In this document: piece by piece, positions 43,585-55,910 of the stretch
Numbering within the stretch: position 1 is the stretch's first letter
How the letters are laid out: each line of letters opens with the position of its first letter
Source of the DNA: Octopus sinensis
Lineage: Eukaryota
Length of the DNA: 64,000 bases
Assembly: GCF_006345805.1 (NCBI RefSeq)
Contig: NC_043007.1
Span: forward strand, 27,280,001-27,344,000
Direction: 5' to 3'
Notes under the pieces: model-generated
What the model saw: only the letters and a program-made list of their open reading frames with translations
Database searches by the model: none
What the model was told of the DNA's origin: nothing
Made by a program: the position numbers and the translations under genes

Positions 43585-43622
43585 ATTATTATTATTATTA
43601 TTATGATCATTATTATTGTTAT

Positions 43623-43707
<85 letters not shown>

Positions 43708-44499
43708 GTTGTTGTTGTTGTTGTTACTGTCATTATTATTATTATCATCATCATCATCATCATTATCATCATCATCATCATTACGATATTTAATATTTTT
43801 GTTACCTTTATTTACATTTTTTTTTCTATTAATGAAAAAAATCGAATTACTAATATATTTTTATTTGTTTCGTTTACCGCATCTTTTTTTTTAATTTGTA
43901 GATGGAATTGTGCTCACGAGTAATTATGGAGATGGCAAGACTGATTTCGCCCCCACACACCTACCTACCTACCTACCCAAACACACAGCACTTACTTTTG
44001 CTGATATAAATTCAAAAAATGTATGTGTCACAATGCATTTGATTATCTTCCCGTGTTTCGTTATGGCGAGGCAGAATCTAAAGCTATCTTTTATAAAATT
44101 AATATTCATAGTTCATTCAATTTAATTTTTTTTCCTCTACAATAAAGACGCTAACGCAAATTTTTCTCTTACAAACTTTTATCGTCTAATGTGTTTAGTC
44201 CTGATTAAATATGGATAACGCCAGGAAAAACAGACATAGGGGAAGAAAATCACTGACAACAGTTGCAGCACGACAATAACAACGACGGTTGTAATATTAA
44301 CAACAACAACAACAGCAACAACAATAACAATAACAACTGAGTCGGTAGTAGCGTGAATTCTCAGTCGTAATGGCAGTAGTTTTGTGAACTAAAAGTACAA
44401 GTACTTTATGAACCAGATTGAGATTAAAGAGAGAAAATCGGTTGGGGGGGGAGGTTATGGTGGATGTGTGTGTGTGGAAATGCAGAAAGAGCAGGAGTT

Positions 44500-45120
44500 G
44501 TAGGGGAGAGAAAGAGGAGGAGGAGCAGGAGGAGGGGGAGAAGAAGATGAGGGAGAAGGAGTCGAAGAAGAAGAGGGAAGAAGGAGGGGGAGAGGAAGAG
44601 AGGAAGAAGAAGGAGGAATAGGAGAAGTACACACGAAGGAGGACAAGAAGAAAAAGAAAAAGGAGAAGAAGAGGAGAAGAAGGAGAAGGGGAAGAAGAAG
44701 ATGAAAAAGAAGAAGGGGAAGAATGAGAGGAAAAGGACGAAGAAAGAGGGGCAGGAGGGGAGAAAGAACGGAGGAAGCAGAAGGAGGGGAGGAGTAGAAG
44801 GAGAAGGAGAAAAAGGAGGAGGAGGAATACGAAGTGGAGGAGTAACAGAGGAGGACGAGAAGGAGAAAAATGAGAAGAAGAAGAAGAAAACGAAGAAAGT
44901 GGTGGAGGTGGATGAGAGGAAGAGGAAGTGGAAGGGCGAGGTAGAGGAAGAAGAAGAGAAGAAGAAGAAGAAGAGGTAGAAGAAGAAGCAGAGGAAAAGG
45001 GAGAGGAAGGAGAAGGAGAAGGAGAAGAAGAAGTAGATGAAGAAGAAGAAGAAGAAGAAGAAGAAGAAGAAGAAGAAGAAGAAGAAGAAGAAGAAGGAGA
45101 ATGAGGAGAGGAGGCGGTGA
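44500..45120. repeat. Purine-rich (GAA/GGA/GAG) low-complexity tract
   Basis: Seen directly. A complementary (CTT)n tract follows at 45300-45395. Confidence 0.9.
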
Positions 45121-45556
45121 TACTACTACTGAGGATGAGGAGCAATGACGATGATGCTGATGATCCTGGTAATGGTGGTGGTGGTCATGGTGGTTGTGAC
45201 GTTGATGACAGTGCTTCATCGTCATCATCATCATCATTCTCATTGCCAACATTACCACCACCAACGCTAAGATTACTTTTTTGTTCTTTCTCCTGATCTG
45301 CTTCTTCTTCCTTTTCTTCTTCTTCTTCTTCTTCTTCTCCTCCTTCTTCTTCTTCTTCTTCTCCTTCTTCTTCTTCTTCTCCTTCTTCTTCTTCTTTCTA
45401 TGCCAGCAGCTTCATCATCGTCACCGCCCTCGTGCTTGTCGTTTACTGTGATCTTTAAACATTAGTTATTTTGTCTTTGCTAAAGACTTTGGCGTAGCAC
45501 AAAATACACAAACATTTTATTACTGCATCCAAGAATTCATTCATGTTCTACACATA

Positions 45557-46017
45557 CTCTTTTACTCTTGTACATGTTTCAGTCATTTGACTGCGGCCAT
45601 GCTGGAGCACTGCCTTTAGTCGAGCTAATCGACCCCAGCACTTATTCTTTGTAAGCCTAGTACTTATTCGGTCGGTCTCTTTTGCCGAACCTCTAAGTTA
45701 TAGGGACGTAAATACAGCAACATCGGTTGTCAAGCGATGCTGGGAAAACAAAAACAGACACACAAACATACACAGAAACACACACACATACACACATATA
45801 TATATATATATATGTGTGTGTGTGTATATATATTATATATATATATATATATATGATAGTCTTCTTTCAGTTACCATCTATCAAACCCACTCACAAGGCT
45901 TTGGTTGACCTGAGGCTATAGTAGAAGACACTTACCCATGGTGCCACACAGTGGGACTGACCCCAGAACCACGTGGTCGGTAAGCAAGCTACTTACGACA
46001 CAGCTACTCCTGCGCCT
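45557..46017 (-). mobile_element. SINE family B, full length
   Basis: Colinear with 36161-36563. Confidence 0.9.
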
Positions 46018-46063
46018 ATGATTCGAACCTGGGTTCTCATTCCTAAGGTATTTTTCGATGTTA

Positions 46064-46098
<35 letters not shown>

Positions 46099-46100
46099 TA

Positions 46101-46193
46101 GGTCACAGCCTGGAATCGAACTCGGAATCTTGGTGTTAGTAGCCCGCGCTCTTAACCACTACACCATATGCCCGTGGGCATATGTCGTAGTGG
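46101..46193 (-). mobile_element. tRNA-like short element with inverted head duplication and (AAT)n tail
   Basis: Minus strand GGGCATATGGTGTAGTGGTTAAGAGCGCGGGCTACTAACACCAAGATTCCGAGTTCGATTCCAGG has A and B boxes. Palindrome at 46156-46193. Confidence 0.65.
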
Positions 46194-46439
46194 CTGTTCT
46201 GAAATTTAGATCACATTGTTTACTATTCTTCTGCTAGGGTAAAATCCATACCAGCTATGTACTACGTTTCATTCTACGACCTATACAGCTCCGCAATAAT
46301 TTTCATGCCACCTACCAGGTTTAGAAATGAATAAAGTGAAACGATGTTGTGGAGGAGGTAATAGTATTTTTTTTCTTTCTTTTATTTAGTTTCAGCTCAG
46401 AGCTGCGGCCATGGTGATGGACGCCGTTTAAAAGCAATG

Positions 46440-46526
46440 TGCCCCAGGTCAGGATCGAACTCACGACCTTCAGATTCCTCTACAGATTTGGTTTGATTAT
46501 GAGACTGCCAACTGCGCTACTGAGGC
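46440..46526 (-). pseudogene. tRNA-Met(CAT) elongator pseudogene or SINE head retaining a 22-nt intron
   Basis: GCCTCAG-TAGCGCAGTTGGCAG-TCT-CAT-A-[ATCAAACCAAATCTGTAGAGGA]-ATCTGA-AGGTC-GTGAG-TTCGATC-CTGAC-CTGGGGC-A. 7-bp acceptor stem. About 8 nt missing from the D-arm/anticodon-stem junction and a T-stem mismatch. Confidence 0.75.
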
Positions 46527-47380
46527 ACTGTTGTTGTTTTTTTAATAACAGAAGATAATTAATACCATCCCTTGTTATTTGGTTATGCATTTCCTATACA
46601 TTCCAGATTCAAATAACACAGGCGTCAATAATTGTAGACCCACGAAATTAAGTGTCTCTTAAATACAGAGGTCGTTTGTAATGGACAAACAATTTTCGCT
46701 TCATAGCTGAATTTGAAATCATTATTAGTCGGATAAATGAAATGAATTGGATCCAACAGGGATAAGAAAGCAGCTTTGTGGTGTCATCTTGCTGATGTGA
46801 TATTATAGTAGAATGGCTTAATGTATAACAATAGCAACATTAGAAAGATTAACAAATTAACAGCAGCACCAATAATGGTGACACTTAATCGCGTAATCTA
46901 ACTGATCATCCGTATTTCTACATCTAAATGTTTGTTGTTTAAAATTTGTTTTCAATAAATCATTTTGTGCAGGTAATTGGAGCTAAGTGCGTGTTTTAAT
47001 TGACACATTAGTAGTAACGAGCTGACATTTTAATGGTTAAATTCTGATTCACTAATGGTTTATATGTTGGTGTATTATTAGTTATATACCTGCACGTTAA
47101 TGTTTGTATACTGGTATGTAAGGATTTGTTTATAGGTTTTCCGAGAGGAACAGGCTTCCTATGTTACCTCTGAGACCGATACATTTTATGGACAGAATCT
47201 TCTATAAATCAACGCCTCTGGATAATAATTTTACATGTTTACACAGTGATCAGAGGAAGGAGGTGATATATTATTGGCGTTTAGCAGAGAGATTAATACA
47301 GAGAGTGTGATTTTGTGACAGAGGTATGTACGAAAACACTTCATAGTTATACAGACCTATGTTGCGGCGGTAGATTAGAC

Positions 47381-47581
47381 CAGTGCTGCTCAAACTTTTT
47401 GCTGGAGCGGAACCCCAAGGAAACATTCCACTGGCTCGAGGAACCCCTGTGCAATAATTTAATAGTCTTATGCACACATATCTACACAGGAAAATTAAAA
47501 ATCACTGTCGATTTTAGCATTTTTGTAACTTCTTGCGGAACCCTTGGACTGTACTGGCGGAACCCTGGTTGAAAACCACTG
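47381..47581 (+). mobile_element. hAT-superfamily MITE (201 bp) with perfect 8-bp TSD
   Basis: TIRs CAGTGCTGCTCAA and TTGAAAACCACTG. TSD GATTAGAC at 47373-47380 and 47582-47589. Internal GGAACCC repeats. Confidence 0.9.
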
Positions 47582-48065
47582 GATTAGACAGATAGTGATA
47601 CGCAACGGTAGGTCTGTTGGCCAAAGATGGTAAAGTGTAGGAAAGACAATACCAGAACGGCTTCTGTGGGTAACACATTCCAGAACTGTATTTCACATGG
47701 CAGTGTTTGTCAGTAATTTATGTGTGTGTGTGAGTTTGAGAGAAGGAATTGGAGAGGGCACTTGCTCCTAGAGTTTCAGGGAAAACTCGGACAGTGGATT
47801 ATCGCTGGAGGCGTCCCTGTATCAGGGGGGAACTACATCACTATCATCCCGCCCCTATTTTTTAACCTCTGTATGCAATGCATCTGTCTCCCTCTTTTCC
47901 AGTGTATATCGTGTATACTTTATTTTAATTTTATTTTTTATTTTTTATTCATCATTTCATTATTATATGTAAACCCCAACATGTTATGCCTGTCTCTGTA
48001 TTGTCCCTCTCATCCTTCGCCCTTGTGGCAAATAAATGAAATCATTATTAATATTATTATTATGA

Positions 48066-48103
<38 letters not shown>

Positions 48104-48139
48104 GTTGTTGTTGTTATTGTTGTTGCTGTTATATGTTTG

Positions 48140-48635
48140 ATTTTGTTTTGTATTTGTACAAATTGGTTCCAAGTCTCACCCAAAACCTCAAGAGGCAAGT
48201 TAGAAGTTCATGTTGGTGTTATGCCTAGGGTGTCATATATTTGGTTTTGCACATAGCGATGTTCTAGAGAATGTTTAAGAAAACATAAGAAAATTATGAG
48301 TTTGTTTTAAAATTTTAAATTAGATAGACAGTATTTTACGTAGGATATGGGCAGTTCCCATGAGCACTATCTTTTGATTTTCTGCAATTTTGGGGTTAAA
48401 CTGTTATCTGATCTAGGTAGCAATTAGCCCCTTTTGCCATCATTCCTAGCATACCTATGACAACAAGTATTGTTTTAGTCTCCACATTTTGCCAATTTCT
48501 ATTTCAAGATATTTATACTTGCTAAGTTTTTGGCAGGTCTTGACAGATACGTTTATATCGATTAGGACAGTCATATCAAAGAGGAGGTAGGATTTTTGTC
48601 TGAAGTCTTTCATTATGATGTCTGGACGAGATTGA
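48140..48635 (-). mobile_element. R4/Dong-like non-LTR retrotransposon 3' fragment (restriction-like endonuclease)
   Basis: RPDIIMKDFRQKSYLLFDMTVLIDINVSVKTCQKLSKYKYLEIEIGKMW (PD..D..K..KY) and QKIVLMGTAHILRKIL*. The 3' UTR ends in (AAC/AAT)n. Confidence 0.85.
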
Positions 48636-49211
48636 ACGTTGACATTAGGTGATGTCAACACCGTCTACGTGTTCTCTGCATGTAAACATTGCTCGTAACG
48701 TAGCTTCATAAGGCTGACAGACTTTGTATTCGTCTGTGTATTTTTTTTTTTTTAGTTTTCTGGTTGATAGATTCATTTCCGGGCATAGTTTTTGTGGTAT
48801 TTTTAAACTTATGAATTGTTTATTCTTTCTGTGTTAGTTATTATTATCATTATTATTATTAATATTATTGTTTTTATTAGTAGTAGTAGTAGTAGTAGTA
48901 GTAGGAGGAGGAGGAGGAGGAGGAGGAGGAGGAGGAGTAGGAGTAGTAGCGACGTCAATTTACGGTTATGGTCTTTCAATATCTCAGCTATATCAGCATT
49001 GTTATAATTATTAACAGAATCATTAAAATTCTCTTCCACATTTACATTCGAGATTCATTAAAAATCATAACTCCACCACACACCTTACACACACCCGAGA
49101 TGTTTTTAGTATATCTAAAGGACAATATTTATCTGTTGTTCAATTAGTGATCTGACAAACTCATAATCCAGCATTTAATTTATAAATACTTTCTTATATT
49201 CAAAGACATTT

Positions 49212-49474
49212 TGTAAAGTATAGAAGCCATCTTAATATGGCTAACCACAAAGCGGGGTGTTACTGTAGCTCTATAGCCCCAGGAGATCATCGTCTCCAGA
49301 TGGCTTTAGACACCATTTCAGTGCCCTTGAAGTATTTGCAAAGGGAGGCCATCCCTTTCTCGCAAGCCCGAGTGATACGCACTCGGAGACGATGATCTCC
49401 TGGGGCTATAGAGCTACATTAACACGCCCTCCCCTTTGTGGTTAGCCATATTAAGATGGCTTCTGTACTTTACA
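49212..49474. mobile_element. MITE with ~85-bp near-perfect terminal inverted repeats
   Basis: TGTAAAGTATAGAAGCCATCTTAATATGGCTAACCACAAAG..GTAGCTCTATAGCCCCAGGAGATCATCGTCTCC is mirrored at 49385-49474. TSD unclear. Confidence 0.85.
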
Positions 49475-49981
49475 TTATCGAGCGATTACTGTTTACATCT
49501 CATTCTGAGATTTAATAAAGACATCATGGTCCATGGGAAATGTAGTTGTGGTTTATCTTCGTCTAAAGTTTCTCATCAACGCGATCACATTTCCTAGCTT
49601 ACAATCGTATGAATGATGTTGTCATTTGGCAATAGATCTCAATTTTGTTTATCGTTTATTTTCGGTAAGATGGTGTTTATTGCCTGATTGATATTTATAA
49701 TTTCATCATGATGTCATCTTCAATTCCACCGGACATTTCTTGGATGTACTTCTTCAACTCTAATGTCACATTTAATTTTTCGCTGTATGGGTTCCATGGA
49801 CATTTCCGATGCTATCTCCTCTGTATAGTAGAAAACTTGATTCCGCCCATATATTTCGCTTGCACTCTCACCACATTTGTGAGAACGAGGAAACTAAGAT
49901 AGCAACAATCTGAACCATGGAATAGGAACCAAAAGACCGCCTCAGACGCATCTATTAAGTTCTGTGACTCTCGAAATCTCT

Positions 49982-50033
<52 letters not shown>

Positions 50034-50210
50034 CATATATACCTAGTTTGTAAAGGTAGAAAATCCGGGTTGATGTGAAATGTTTTGTATAATATATATG
50101 AATAAATAAATGGAGTTAAACGCAGGTGTGTTTCAAATTCTTTTACTTCCGACAATGTTTCGAAGACAACATAGGTAATATCTCTCCATCTAGCTTTGAC
50201 ATCGGTGTAC

Positions 50211-50302
<92 letters not shown>

Positions 50303-50339
50303 ATGTATGTATGTATGTATGTATATGTAATGGATATAT

Positions 50340-50652
50340 AAAAAGCCCGCCATTTACCGGATATATGATATATAAACTTCTCCATGTGCTTCGTTAGAAA
50401 GAGAAGTTGGCTGTTCGACTTCGACAGTGCTGGTAGTTTATTATGATGTGTTCAGAATCAGTTCTACCGATGAGCATGGACGCAAATTTTTATGCGGTGA
50501 GTGCGAAATCACAGGTGATATAGGACTAAATTCATTTTTAAATGTCTTGCTTTGAAAAACTGCATTGGGTATGATTAGTGAAATTTTGGTTTAAAGAAGA
50601 AACGATTATGTCCCTCTTAGTGTGAGGCATTTATGTGTAATAATGCCCTCTA
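50340..50652 (+). mobile_element. Divergent solo relative of the 472-bp HHR tandem unit, in opposite orientation
   Basis: Shares CCATTTACC, TATAAACT..CCATGTGCTTCGTT, AATGTCTT.CTTTGAAAAA.TGCATT, GTCCCTCTTAG and TAATGCCCTCTATATA with the reverse complement of the unit. Flanked by (TA)n. Confidence 0.8.
50462..50525 (+). ncRNA. Type I hammerhead ribozyme motif (U4C variant)
   Basis: UUCUA-CCGAUGA-GCAU..CGCA-AAUUUUUA-UGCG..GUGC-GAAA-UCAC-AG-GUGA-UA^UAGGA. Confidence 0.7.
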
Positions 50653-51491
50653 TATAATATAATATATATATTGTATGAATATACGTGTATATGTATATAA
50701 ATATGTATATAATATATTATATATAATAATATATTATATTATGAGTGTGTGTACACATATACATACATCTATACGTATTCATTTATATAGAATTATATAT
50801 ATACATATGTGCATGTATGTATGTACGTGTGTATATACGTACATGTGTATCTGTGTGAATATATGTTATCCAGCAGAATAACGTATTAGCCGTCACATCG
50901 ATGTAAAATCGATTATGGAAGTTGGATAACAACTATCTACCATGTATCCATTCGAAATAACAGAGGGACGTATTTCACCGGTTTCGATTGCTGCTGAAAT
51001 GCTCTTCAGCATGCTAGATTATGTACATGACTATCTTGAACGACATAAAGAAATTGCAACATTTTCAATAATCTTATCTCTTGAAGACAATTGAAAAGCC
51101 TTGACTCTTCAAGACTATTGAAAAGGTTGCAAGACGCATCGAAAATTTTAGGAAAATAAAAATAAGAAATAAGTGGAAATTTCACCGGTGAGTGTGTTAC
51201 CTTATAAGGCACAAAAGGAAATGACTCTCCCCAGACACAACAGAATATGCTTCAACACACGAACTCATATTAAGAACCGTGCAAACCAAATCCCAAAAAC
51301 GAAATGTATATATATATATATATATATACTGCGTCATGTGATACACTATACGTAGCAAGTCTGTTGTCAACGCTGAATATCATTTGTAATTCTTGCATAT
51401 ATTATGGTTTGCTAAAAATTTCAATTTTTTTTTTTAATAAAACAACTTTGTACATCAATAATTCAATAATTTTTGTTGGCTGCAATGTATT

Positions 51492-51591
51492 NNNNNNNNN
51501 NNNNNNNNNNNNNNNNNNNNNNNNNNNNNNNNNNNNNNNNNNNNNNNNNNNNNNNNNNNNNNNNNNNNNNNNNNNNNNNNNNNNNNNNNNN
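51492..51591. other. Assembly gap (100 N)
   Basis: Seen directly. Confidence 1.
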
Positions 51592-51945
51592 TTTGCAAAG
51601 AGAGGAATTATGAATTACGGTCTTGCTTATAGTGATTTCAGCATCAGTCTTTGAATGCTAAATTGTTTCCGGTCACAAATACATGACAAATTCCGGGTTT
51701 TCTTTCATCTCTTACAGTTTTCAGTAGCAGAATCGCTGATCAGTACACAAAGACGGTTGAGATTAAGAGTCGTAAAATATTACAGGGATTGTGTCTGAAC
51801 TCAAGACGTGCCAGTTAGTTGCGATACTGAATTAAGGCATCCAAAAGTTCATTGTCGCAAGTTATTGTTAGCTTTACTTTCTAAATGAGAATATTGAAAT
51901 GAATGCGTTGATATAAGGGGCGCGTTCGTACACTATCATATATAT

Positions 51946-52042
<97 letters not shown>

Positions 52043-52071
52043 ACATACAGAAATACATATACATACATAGA

Positions 52072-52102
<31 letters not shown>

Positions 52103-52147
52103 TATCTATATACATATATATATATATTGTATATATAAATATACATA

Positions 52148-52193
<46 letters not shown>

Positions 52194-52331
52194 TATAATA
52201 TATATATATACTACATACATATTATAGATACTTACATATATATATATATATGTGTTTTTGTATGTAATGTACGTGTATATGTATTTATAGATGTATTGCG
52301 TATGAGCGTATATATGTATAAAATATGTATA

Positions 52332-52403
<72 letters not shown>

Positions 52404-53227
52404 CATATACATACTTATATACACACACAAACATATATAGATGTATATCTATCTATCTATCTATCCATTTATCGATCTGTCTATCTATCTATTTATCTAT
52501 CCCTATATGTTTATGTTTGTGGGGTGCGGGTATGTATACCTATATATTCAACATATTGCATTCTTGAAGAGTTATATTTTTTCCCTAGCTTTTTTTTTTT
52601 CTTCCCAAACTGTCATTCAGTGAAATATTTTGGTGTTGTCTCTTTAATCATTGGCAGAGTGCAAACAAACCTTCTCAGATCAAGGGAAAATATATATAAG
52701 ACCGCATTCATTCAAGGATTTGCATTCATTCATTACACACACCAAAGGAGATTATAAAAACAAACGTATATATACCTGTATATATTTGTGCATGCGTGTG
52801 TGAGTGTATTTATGCGTGTACGCACATATGTATCTATGTATGCATAAATGCAGTGTGTACATATATGCATATGTTTGTGCATGTATGTGTGCGTATATAT
52901 ATATATATATATGTATATGTACAGAGCAGAGTTAATGGCAGTCACGTAATGCAAATAAATGCATACACACACGCGCATGGTAAATAATATGTTATTCAGT
53001 GAACATTACAAGACAGAGCACAGCTTTAGTAATATACTTTACAACACTAGTTCCGAGGGAATACTTTGAAATAAAGGAAAGAATGCCCACCACCTCTATA
53101 CAACAAAATACGTACAAATTATGTATAATACATATTTCCATATTTATATATAATAAACACACACACATACACCATATACATCCATATATACATGCATCCA
53201 CACACACACACATATATATAATAATAT

Positions 53228-53261
<34 letters not shown>

Positions 53262-53264
53262 ATA

Positions 53265-53286
53265 GATAGATAGAAGATAGATAGAT

Positions 53287-53321
<35 letters not shown>

Positions 53322-53459
53322 TAAATAGATAGATAGATATATAAGATATATAGATATAGATAGATAGATAGATATATAGATATAGATAGATAGATAGATA
53401 GATAGATGATAGATAGATAGATAATAGATAAATAATATGATAGATAGATAATGATATAT

Positions 53460-53498
<39 letters not shown>

Positions 53499-53581
53499 TA
53501 GATAAAGATAGATAGATAGATAGATTAGATAATAGATAGATAGATAATAGATAGATAGATAGATCGATAGATCGATAGATC

Positions 53582-53633
<52 letters not shown>

Positions 53634-53680
53634 TAGATATAGACAGATAGATAGATATATAGATATAGATATAGATATAT
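53265..53680. repeat. (GATA)n microsatellite
   Basis: Seen directly. Confidence 0.95.
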
Positions 53681-54763
53681 ATGCATATTCAGGGAGAGAG
53701 AAAAAGAGAAATAGCGAGTGAGTGTGTGAGAACGAGAAAAAGGGGAGAGTTACGTATTGTTGACTTTTTAGTAATATCCTTATATCCTTTATGGTGCTAG
53801 CTTATAACCAAAGTTATACCAGTTTATTAATGCCCTCCCATTTATCTATTTATGCATTTTGTTTTTGGTTTCCAGTTTGTTGTCTACATTCTTCGACGAT
53901 TTATTTTCTTTTCAGTTTTTAAGACGACAGCGCGTGATTTGAAAACATTGGATGTAATTTCCAGCAACTCGAACAATCGCGTAGAGAATAATTCACTCCA
54001 ATTTTGAGAAACGGGTTGTTCTCTTTGTGACGGCGTACAAGAATAACCGAAGAAAGAACATTGCACGCTTATACTCCTATCTTCATCATTGGTGGTAATA
54101 TTCCTTTTGTTTTTGTTTTATATTGTGCTCGTTTTTATTATTTAAAAAAACTATGTGATTCATAACGAAGCATAACTATTATCAGCGGTATTTCCATCCA
54201 TAGCCATCCATATTTTTTAAAAGTCTGTCAAATATTTTATTTTCCATTATGTACATCGAGACGACGGCTTGATTGTGCGGTTAAGAAAAGTGTTTTAACA
54301 CTTCAAGGTTTCTTGTTCAATCCTTCTCCGCGGAACTTTGGTCAAATGACTTCTACAATTGCCCCAAGAAGACCAAAGTCTAGAAAGTGACTTTGATTGA
54401 ATAAAACTGTACAATATTGTAATAAGTACCTCCTGAATACACTCGTATGTATCTAACGTACATACCTCTTTAAAAACGCACTGGCGGGTGGTTATGGCTG
54501 CCACACAAGATATCAGAACCTAAATACTAAAAATTGTCAAAAAGGAAGCATCTATCTTGCTTTCACACGTTGATATATACTAGCGGCTTCTGTTGCTATC
54601 GTAATTGTTGTTATGATTACTACTACTTCGAACCAACGCCATCCAAGCTTTTCTCCTTTCTCTTACCTGTGTATAGATGTCAATAGGTGCGTGTGCCTCT
54701 AGCCATGTGGGTGAGGCCTACTCCTCTTCCACCTGTACATTCTTGAAGAGTTGGACTTTTGCC

Positions 54764-54794
<31 letters not shown>

Positions 54795-54936
54795 ACCTCC
54801 AACTCACAAGAGTAAACAGGAGAGACAGAGTAAGGTAGAAACAAGGAAAATGACCATTGAATTTGAAAAGTATGCTAACATGCTTAAAAAAACTTTTCAT
54901 ATAATTTTTCGAATTTTTTTTTGTTTTCCATAATTA

Positions 54937-54972
54937 CAGTTGACAAAGTCTCAATGTCCGAAACCGGTACTG
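54937..54972 (+). ncRNA. Degenerate minimal hammerhead-like motif (U3-A8 core)
   Basis: CAG-UUGACAA-AGUCUCAAUGUCC-GAAA-CCGG-UA^CUG. Palindromic stem III, weak stem II. Confidence 0.4.
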
Positions 54973-55059
54973 AAATGTTTTTTTATAAAATTATTTTAGC
55001 ATTTTCTACCATGACTTTTTTCCCTATATATATATCAACTCGTGTGTACCTTTTCAACC

Positions 55060-55094
<35 letters not shown>

Positions 55095-55489
55095 CATACA
55101 CACACCCCCATATATATAATATATATATGTATATATATATACATACATGTATATAGATATACATTGGATCATTTTTGCGTGGGGGTAGATGGTTTTGTGT
55201 CTGTGCATGTTAAAACATGACAACCGATGTAGTTCGCCCTAAATTAACAGTAAAAATATCATCCTACATCATCAGTAAAAATTAGACCAAGAGTATGCGT
55301 GTAGGAGTTGATAAATAAGTACTCTGTCTGATTACATTGGCTAACTATACCAAAACCTGCTCCAGCAAAACAGTGGTTTGAAGACCGACCTTCTTTATGC
55401 ATGTAGAGTGTAATTTGTTGCATATTCAGTAGGTATCACTAGAAACTGCGATCATCTTCTGTAACTCTATGCATAAAATTAATATCACG

Positions 55490-55910
55490 GGCAGGGGTGG
55501 CTGTGTGGCAAGTAGCTTGCTTACCAACCACATGGTTCCAGGTTCAGTCCCACTGCGTAGCACTTTAGACAAGTGTGTTCTGCTATAGCCTCGGGCCGAC
55601 CAAAGCCTTGTGAGTGGATTTAGTAGGTGGAAACTGAAAGAAACCCGTCGTATATATAGATTATATATATATGTTTATATGTGTGTGTGTATGTGTGTGT
55701 TTGTGTGTCTGTTTGTCCCCCCAACATCGCATGACAAACGATGCTAGTGTGTTTACGTCCCCGTAACTTAGCGGTTGGGTAAAAGAGAACCAATAGAATA
55801 AGTACCAGGCTTACAAATAATAAGTCTTGGGGTCGATTTTCTCGACTAAAGGCGGTGCTCCAGCATGGCTGCAGTCAAATAACTGAAACAAGTAAAAGAG
55901 TAAAAGAGTA
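55490..55910 (+). mobile_element. SINE family B, full length
   Basis: Colinear with 62041-62533. Confidence 0.9.

Noticed and set aside
44297-45264. Longest ORFs (282 and 269 aa; Ser/Leu/Pro-rich)
   Set aside because: They are the reverse strand of a purine-rich low-complexity tract, open simply because CT-rich sequence lacks stops.
45040-45395. (GAA)n and downstream (CTT)n as a designed foldback or triplex
   Set aside because: Such tracts are common throughout this window, so the adjacency is plausibly chance.
46440-46526. Functional tRNA-Met gene
   Set aside because: Deletion removes the 3' D-stem and part of the anticodon stem, and the T-stem has a G-G mismatch.
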